The notes under the pieces are model-generated. The model was not told the DNA's origin. It made no database searches and saw only the letters and a list, made by a program, of their open reading frames with translations. A stretch of DNA of 64,000 nucleotides from an uncultured Corynebacterium sp. (GTDB taxonomy: Bacteria; Actinomycetota; Actinomycetes; Mycobacteriales; Mycobacteriaceae): NCBI GenBank assembly GCA_964613845.1, contig CAZTIZ010000001.1:17665-81664 (forward strand). The letters are read 5' to 3'. Positions 60,417 through 64,000 of this stretch are shown piece after piece (position 1 is the first letter of the stretch; each line of letters opens with the position of its first letter). Made by a program: the position numbers and the translations under genes.

Positions 60417-62912
60417 CTATCCCCTCGGTCCCGGGGCCTGCGCCACCAGCAGGGCGGCGGGGAAGAGGTCGAGCACCTCGGACAGGGGGACCGTGCCTTC
60501 ATGGACGCGGCCGGTCAGCCGGTCCTCCCAGCTTCCCCCGGGCAGCGACAGCGTCGTCGATCCCCAGCCGCCGCGTTCCCGCAGGCGGGCGGGGCGTCGG
60601 GTGGCCAGGGTGATCACCCGCAGATCCCCGGCGCCGGGGATCTCCCCCTCACCCCTGGCGTGACCGACCAGGTGGGATTCACTCGGCCCCTCGGCGAAGA
60701 CCGCCTGGTAGTCGCCCCCCACGAAGCAGTCCGGGTACTGCGCCCGCACCTGCAGGCCCTGGTGGAGCAGGTGCAGCTTCGCGCGGTCGGCATGATCATC
60801 CAGGTGCGGGTAGTGCCGGCAGTCCTTCTCATCCTCCCGGGCGGTGGCGGCCAGGGCTGCCCAGTCCACCCCCTCGTCGACCAGATCGAACACCTGGTGG
60901 CGGGCGGTGTAGTCCACGAAGCGGCGGTTGTCCGGGTCCACGAGGGAATCATCGAGGAACTCGGTGCCCTGATAGGTGTCCGGGACGCCCGGTCCCGTCA
61001 ACTGGAGGAGCTTGCGGCCCAGCGAGATCTGGACCGCGTCCGGGCTCAACCGGGCGACGAACTCGGTGATCGACGACGCTACCGGGCCGTCGCACAGCAC
61101 GTCCACCCAGTCGAGTACCGCGGTCTCGAATGCTTCGACCGGATCCACCCAGCTGGTCTTCACACCTGCCTCCCGGATCGCCTTGACCGTGTAATCACGG
61201 AACCGCTCCTGCAGCGACTCACTCAGCTGGCCGTCGGCCGGCCAGATGCCCAGCAGGTTCTGGAGCAGGAAGTGGCCGGTGCCGGGATCGGGAGCCGGGA
61301 CCACCGCGGTGACATGGCGGACGAGCTCGGTGAACTCACTGGGATACTCGGTCAGCTCCAGGATGCGGGCGCGCACGTCCTCACCCCGCTTGGCATCGTG
61401 GGTCATCAGCGTGGTCATCGCCTTGGGCCACAGCCGGGCCCGCTCCTGCTGCAGCAGGTGGAACTCCGCGGCCGAGACCCCGAACCTGCCCGGCGCGCCA
61501 CCGACCTCCTGGAGGGCCACGAGGCGGCAGGCACGGTAGAAGGTGGTGTCCTCCACCCCCTTGGCCATGACCGCGCCACAGACCTGCGCGAAACGGGTCT
61601 GGGCCTCACCGTTGGCGTTGAGGGCCGCGACGATCAGATCCAGGGCGCGGCGGCGGGAGGGGAAGCGGCGGACCATCTCCGCCACGACGGTGGCGGTGAG
61701 CCGGGACAGGGAGATGTAGTCGGCACGGTAGACGGGCATCGCGGCGACGAGTTCGATGATGGTGGCGTTCAGGTCCTCCTCGGAGACCGTGGAACCGGCG
61801 GTGGAGAAGTTGTCCCGGCGGATGGCCCGGGCCAGGCGCCGGATCTCGGCGGACAGTTCCTCCTCCGCGACCTCCCGCTTGAGCTGGTGCTTCGCGGCCT
61901 CGATGACCGCCTCATCCCAGGTGGAGCCGGACTGCTGGAGGGCGAGCATCGACAGTTGATCCTCCGCCCCCCGGGAGATGAAGATCCCGTCGAGTTCGCG
62001 CAGGGCGTCATACCCGGTGGTGCCGTCGACGGACAGCCGCGGGTCGAGTACCTCGTCGACCTCCAGGATCTTCTCCACGATCAGCCACCGGTCGGGGCCG
62101 ACGAGATCACGCAGGCGGGTGAGGTAGCCGAAGGGGTCGGACAGACCGTCGGGGTGGTCGACCCGGATGCCGTCGATAATGTCCTCGGCGATGAGCTGAC
62201 GCAGGATCCGGTGGGTGTGCTCGAAGACCAGGGGATCCTCCTGGCGGACACCGGCCAGCCCGTTGACGGAGAAGAACCGGCGGTAGGAGATGACCCCGTC
62301 ACGCCAGAACATCAGCCGGTAGTGCTGCCGGTGGTGGACCTGGCGTGGATCATCGTCGAGCCCGTCGGCCGTGCCCTCGGCCACGGGGAACTCGTTGTCG
62401 TAGTACGCCAGGACGAGCTCACCCTCCCGCTCCCGCAGCTCGAGCTGGCTCTCATCCCCCGGGGCCCCGAGGATCGGCAGACCGAGCCTGCCACCGGCGC
62501 CGTTGTCGGCGTGCCAGTCGATGTCGAAGTAGGGTTCGTGCTCCGAACCCTGCCCCTTGCTCAGAACATCCCACCACCACCTGTTCAGCCGGGGATTCTC
62601 CACCCCGAGGTGGTTGGGGACGATATCGAGGATGAGACCCAGACCGGCCTCATGGGCCACCGTGGCCAGCTCCCGCAGGCCGTCGATCCCACCGAGCTCC
62701 GGGTTGATCTCGGTGGGATCGGTGACGTCGTAGTTGTGGGTCGAGGTCGGATCGGCGGTCAGCACCGGGGACAGATAGAGGTGACTGACCCCGAGCCGAC
62801 GGAGATAGGGGACCTGGGCGGCGGCTTCGGCGAAACCGAAGGCACGCCCCGAGGGATCCGCCTGCGGCCCACGCAATTGAAGGCGGTAGGTGGCGGTGAT
62901 GGGGCGGCGCAT
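60417..62912 (-). CDS. treY: malto-oligosyltrehalose synthase
   Basis: ATYRLQL...GVSHLYLSPVL......HNYDVTDP... is the TreY N-terminus. GH13-like, 831 aa. AAGGAG lies upstream of the ATG. Confidence 0.92.
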   Translation of the reverse strand: MRRPITATYRLQLRGPQADPSGRAFGFAEAAAQVPYLRRLGVSHLYLSPVLTADPTSTHNYDVTDPTEINPELGGIDGLRELATVAHEAGLGLILDIVPNHLGVENPRLNRWWWDVLSKGQGSEHEPYFDIDWHADNGAGGRLGLPILGAPGDESQLELREREGELVLAYYDNEFPVAEGTADGLDDDPRQVHHRQHYRLMFWRDGVISYRRFFSVNGLAGVRQEDPLVFEHTHRILRQLIAEDIIDGIRVDHPDGLSDPFGYLTRLRDLVGPDRWLIVEKILEVDEVLDPRLSVDGTTGYDALRELDGIFISRGAEDQLSMLALQQSGSTWDEAVIEAAKHQLKREVAEEELSAEIRRLARAIRRDNFSTAGSTVSEEDLNATIIELVAAMPVYRADYISLSRLTATVVAEMVRRFPSRRRALDLIVAALNANGEAQTRFAQVCGAVMAKGVEDTTFYRACRLVALQEVGGAPGRFGVSAAEFHLLQQERARLWPKAMTTLMTHDAKRGEDVRARILELTEYPSEFTELVRHVTAVVPAPDPGTGHFLLQNLLGIWPADGQLSESLQERFRDYTVKAIREAGVKTSWVDPVEAFETAVLDWVDVLCDGPVASSITEFVARLSPDAVQISLGRKLLQLTGPGVPDTYQGTEFLDDSLVDPDNRRFVDYTARHQVFDLVDEGVDWAALAATAREDEKDCRHYPHLDDHADRAKLHLLHQGLQVRAQYPDCFVGGDYQAVFAEGPSESHLVGHARGEGEIPGAGDLRVITLATRRPARLRERGGWGSTTLSLPGGSWEDRLTGRVHEGTVPLSEVLDLFPAALLVAQAPGPRG

Positions 62913-62997
62913 ATGACTCCTTGACCGGAAAAGTACGTGGGGACAGGATCCGGAAACGACCCGTGGTCGTTCCCGCCACCCACCACCCTAGGCGCGC

Positions 62998-63600
62998 TCA
63001 GTCCCGCTGTGCCGGAAAACCGTGCCGCCACACCAGCGGCCGCCGGCACAGCACCCGCCGGTGCCCCACGGTGACGACGGCGCGCCGGGCCCACCCGGAC
63101 AGCTCCGGGACGGGAGGCAGCGCCAGCAGCAGACCCGCCGCGGGGGCCAGGTAGGTGACGGGTCCTCCGCTGAGGTGGATGAGGTGGTCGTTGAGGACGG
63201 TGAAGGTGTGTGGGTGGGCGAGCCAGTCGGTGACGTGCGCACCCGGCGTGGCCACCTGCAGGCCGGGGGCGCCGTCCCCGAGCACGCCGGTGGCGGGGCG
63301 GGTGAGGAAGCAGGTGCCTTCCCCGGTCTGGGCCGCCCGCAGGAGATTGTCCGCGGCCAGATCCCACGCCCGGTGGGCGGACAGGTCGAGCTCGCCCAGA
63401 CCCCGGTGGCTGAGCAGCGTGCCGTTGCAGGACATTCCCGCGCCCAGCTCCCGGGACAGGGTCACGTAGGCGAGGGAATCACAGAACCCGTCGTCACTCA
63501 GGCCGTGGGAATGCAGCTGGTCGAGCGGACGCAGGGTGGGGGAGAGGGTGGTGGGGTCCAGGACGGGTATGGGATCCGTGGCGTGCAGCGCGGTGGTCAT
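62998..63600 (-). CDS. hypothetical protein
   Basis: 200-codon ORF with codon bias like its neighbours. No family recognised by eye. Confidence 0.45.
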   Translation of the reverse strand: MTTALHATDPIPVLDPTTLSPTLRPLDQLHSHGLSDDGFCDSLAYVTLSRELGAGMSCNGTLLSHRGLGELDLSAHRAWDLAADNLLRAAQTGEGTCFLTRPATGVLGDGAPGLQVATPGAHVTDWLAHPHTFTVLNDHLIHLSGGPVTYLAPAAGLLLALPPVPELSGWARRAVVTVGHRRVLCRRPLVWRHGFPAQRD

Positions 63601-63634
63601 GGTCGGACTGGCTCCTCGGTGACGGGGGCGGTCA

Positions 63635-63659
63635 GAGGGCGGCCATCCGGGCCGCCCTC
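63635..63659 (-). terminator. 10-bp GC hairpin after the BRCT-domain gene
   Basis: GAGGGCGGCC-ATCCG-GGCCGCCCTC lies about 50 nt past the stop at 63708. There is no U-tract. Confidence 0.35.
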
Positions 63660-63707
63660 CTCACCTTCCTAGACCGTCCGGCGGGGGCGTCCGGTTCCCG
63701 GGTTCCG

Positions 63708-64000
63708 TCAGAACGGGGGCTGCTCGTCGAGGCCGAGGGCGGCGAAGAGCTGCTCCGCGGTCCAGATCTCGATCTCCTGGCCCTTGTCGATCAACTCCTC
63801 GGCACGTTTCTGTTTCGAGGTTTTTGTCGCCCAGGGGCCTGCGGCCAGAATCGTGGTCTTCCTCGTGACGTTCTTGCCCACCGTGCCACCGAGTTCGGCG
63901 ATGCCGCTCCACAGCCGCCCCTTGTCGAAGGGCTCGAAATCACCGGACAGGGTGATGTTCTGGCCGAAGAGGATGCCGGCGGGATCGGCGTCCGGGTTGG
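63708..64000 (-). CDS. C-terminal BRCT-domain portion of a protein whose 5' end lies outside the window (probably a DnaQ-like exonuclease-BRCT fusion)
   Basis: My own reverse translation gives ...ITLSGDFEPFDKGRLWSGIAELGGTVGKNVTRKTTILAAGPWATKTSKQKRAEELIDKGQEIEIWTAEQLFAALGLDEQPPF*, which is the BRCT pattern. It is not in the ORF track because no start codon falls inside the window. Confidence 0.55.
   Translation of the reverse strand, partial: NPDADPAGILFGQNITLSGDFEPFDKGRLWSGIAELGGTVGKNVTRKTTILAAGPWATKTSKQKRAEELIDKGQEIEIWTAEQLFAALGLDEQPPF

Overview
This is a visibly high-G+C actinobacterial chromosome segment. Gene content and order are Corynebacterium-type (Mycobacteriales core genome). I call about 58 protein genes. 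I see no rRNA, tRNA, CRISPR array, transposase, integrase or phage genes.

Left part (1-13.4 kb): glk, a PlsC-like acyltransferase, an acyltransferase_3 membrane protein, GT87- and MptA-type mannosyltransferases, an Rv2179c-type exoribonuclease, class II DAHP synthase aroG, the PASTA kinase pknL divergent from an Rv2175c-type DNA-binding protein, idsA, a GNAT, and a degenerate-HEPN/DUF3040 pair.

Centre (13.8-34 kb): a complete dcw cluster, mraZ-rsmH-ftsL-ftsI-murE-murF-mraY-murD-ftsW-murG-murC-ftsQ-ftsZ, followed by pgeF-yggS-sepF-yggT-divIVA.

Right part: T-box-controlled ileS, dinB, ansA, an ABC-F ATPase flanked by lipoprotein genes, lspA plus a pseudouridine synthase, rarD, dnaE1, an AI-2E permease, a MetE-like gene, ilvA, treZ, yigZ, an S4/Hsp15-like gene, an LLM oxidoreductase, a RelA/SpoT-type small alarmone synthetase coupled to treY, and a BRCT-domain gene cut by the window end.

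The many long antisense or alternate-frame ORFs in the track are high-GC artefacts. Several track ORFs start too early, and corrected starts are given in the features.

I do not see a convincing novel multi-gene system (defence, secretion, mobile or biosynthetic). This reads as ordinary conserved core genome. What deserves a second look is mostly cis-regulatory or domain-level:
- a phased GTGGGG repeat operator upstream of mraZ;
- an ileS T-box;
- a TAGAC-N6-GTCTA (McbR-type) box in front of the MetE-like gene;
- mutually exclusive hairpins in the ftsZ leader;
- a UvrD/PcrA-like Tudor-type tail on DinB;
- an unlisted 42-codon ORF;
- a cluster of ribosome/stringent-response genes inserted between treY and treZ.
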